Position numbers and translations under genes: made by a program
Shown here: piece by piece, positions 36,189 to 37,661 of the stretch
Position numbering within the stretch: position 1 is the first letter of the stretch
Layout of the letters: every line of letters begins with the position of its first letter
The notes under the pieces: generated by a model
The model's database searches: none
The model's input: the letters and a program-made list of their open reading frames with translations, nothing else
Told to the model about the DNA's origin: nothing
Source: Octopus bimaculoides
Lineage: Eukaryota
Length of the DNA: 37,661 nt
Assembly (NCBI RefSeq): GCF_001194135.2
Contig: NC_068985.1
Location: 127,244,508 to 127,282,168 of the forward strand
Reading direction: 5' to 3'

Positions 36189-36775
36189 TCATCATCATCA
36201 TCATCATCGTTTAACGTCCGCTTTCCATGCTAGCATGGGTTGGACGATTTGACTGAGGACTGGTGCAACCGGATGGCTACACCAGGCTCCAATCTAATTT
36301 GGCAGAGTTTCTACAGCTGGATGCCCTTCCTAACGCCAACTACTCAGAGAGTGTAGTGGGTGCTTTTACGTGTCACCCGCACGAAAACGGCCACGCTCGA
36401 AATGGTGTCTTTTATGTGCCNNNNNNNNNNNNNNNNNNNNNNNNNNNNNNNNNNNNNNNNNNNNNNNNNNNNNNNNNNNNNNNNNNNNNNNNNNNNNNNN
36501 NNNNNNNNNNNNNNNNNNNNNNNNNNNNNNNNNNNNNNNNNNNNNNNNNNNNNNNNNNNNNNNNTTCACGCAGCTATCCTCATTCATTCTCACCACATGT
36601 CCAAACCAGCGCAATCGTCTCTCTTGCACACCACTACTGACGCTTCTTATGTTCAGCTTCTCTCTCAAGATACTTACACTCTGACGGGTATGCACATTTA
36701 CATTACACATCCAGCGGAGCATACTGGCTTCATTCCTTGCGAGCTTACGCATGTCCTCAGCAGTCACAGCCCATG
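36189..36775 (-). mobile_element. Young 5'-truncated RTE-clade LINE
   Basis: TAEDMRKLARNEASMLRWMCNVNVHTRQSVSILREKL...RWFGHVVRM without stops, then a gap, then the young 3' UTR. Confidence 0.9.
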
Positions 36776-36830
36776 TTATATATATATATATATTTATTTA
36801 TATTTATATTTATATTTATATGTATATATA

Positions 36831-36863
<33 letters not shown>

Positions 36864-37271
36864 TGGAAGGTTTGGAGGTGATGTACAGGAATTATATTAT
36901 AGAAAAAAATTAAGGTACTCAGAAATCTGGATGGTTGTACATTTACAGATTTTTATTAATATGTCACATGTTTTATAAATCATATAAAGCGCTTTCACCT
37001 AATCTTGTAGGATTTTCAAATTTGTTATTTCACCTTGCGATGCCGTCTCTTTATATATATATGTAAGATCCAGGAATTGAGGTATAGGAAGAAAGTTAGC
37101 TTCAAGCAATCCATAGTGAATATAAAAAAACAACTTTCAGGAACAATAGTGGTTTATTGAGATGGAAGGTTGCAAATTTGTTTTCTTTTTATCAAAGAAC
37201 AATGAGCTGAAGAAAGTTCTTATCATATTTCTTGGTAGGCAACCAGGGTTGCTGAGAATGCAAAAAAGAAT

Positions 37272-37627
37272 ACAAGAGTTACAGAATGGAGTATGGGAAA
37301 TCTGGGCTACATATGTTTCATAGCAAATGGAACCTCAAAAGTGGTAAAATCCAAGTGAAGTGTATACCACTGGCTACACTTTAGGCTAAGGATATCTTGA
37401 TTAGATTAAAGGCTACATTGTCGCAAGGAGGTACATTTTGACACAAAGATTCAAGTGTCAACATGTACTTTCTTGCAACAATGTAGCCTTTAATCTAATC
37501 AAGATATCCTTAGCCTGAAGAGTAGCCGACAGTATACACCTCACTTGGATTTTACCACTTCTGAGGTTCCATTTGCTATGAAACATATGTAGTTTAGATT
37601 TCCCATACGCCATTCTATAACTCTTGT
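37272..37627. mobile_element. Foldback MITE (173-bp arms, 10-nt loop)
   Basis: 37272-37444 pairs with 37455-37627 with scattered mismatches. The left end is TA|CAAGAG and the right end CTCTTG|TG, consistent with a Tc1/mariner-type TA site. Confidence 0.8.
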
Positions 37628-37661
37628 GTGTATGTGTGTGTGTGTATATATGTATATATAT

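Noticed and set aside
36980-37024. Minus-strand CCTA/TAGG stem + GAAA + palindromic AGCGCT
   Set aside because: The core reads TTGAAAA and stem I does not pair; too degenerate to call.

Overview
AT-rich, gapped eukaryotic genomic DNA. The repeat families look like those of octopus (coleoid cephalopod); this is inferred from recognising the repeats, not from a search. I find no intact protein-coding gene, rRNA, tRNA gene or CRISPR array. Almost all long ORFs in the track are artefacts of microsatellites or N-runs. The window is intron-like or intergenic and packed with decayed mobile elements: several tRNA-derived SINE families, RTE, R4/Dong and L1/Tx1-like LINE pieces, Penelope-like elements (PLEs), a Ty3/gypsy RNase H relic, Tc1/mariner relics, piggyBac-like ends and a 356-bp foldback MITE. 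The strongest signals not explained by the ORF track are: (1) an apparently intact type I hammerhead ribozyme at 7444-7494 inside a PLE-like direct/inverted repeat, plus two variant or decayed hammerhead folds at 17293-17336 and 22165-22204; (2) four co-oriented R4/Dong 3' ends stacked in trinucleotide microsatellites at 17.4-20.1 kb; (3) a SINE whose 3' tail matches an L1/Tx1-like LINE 3' end in the same window; (4) opposite strand biases of SINEs and RTE elements, together with one candidate 63-nt + strand exon. All alignments, translations and folds were done by eye.
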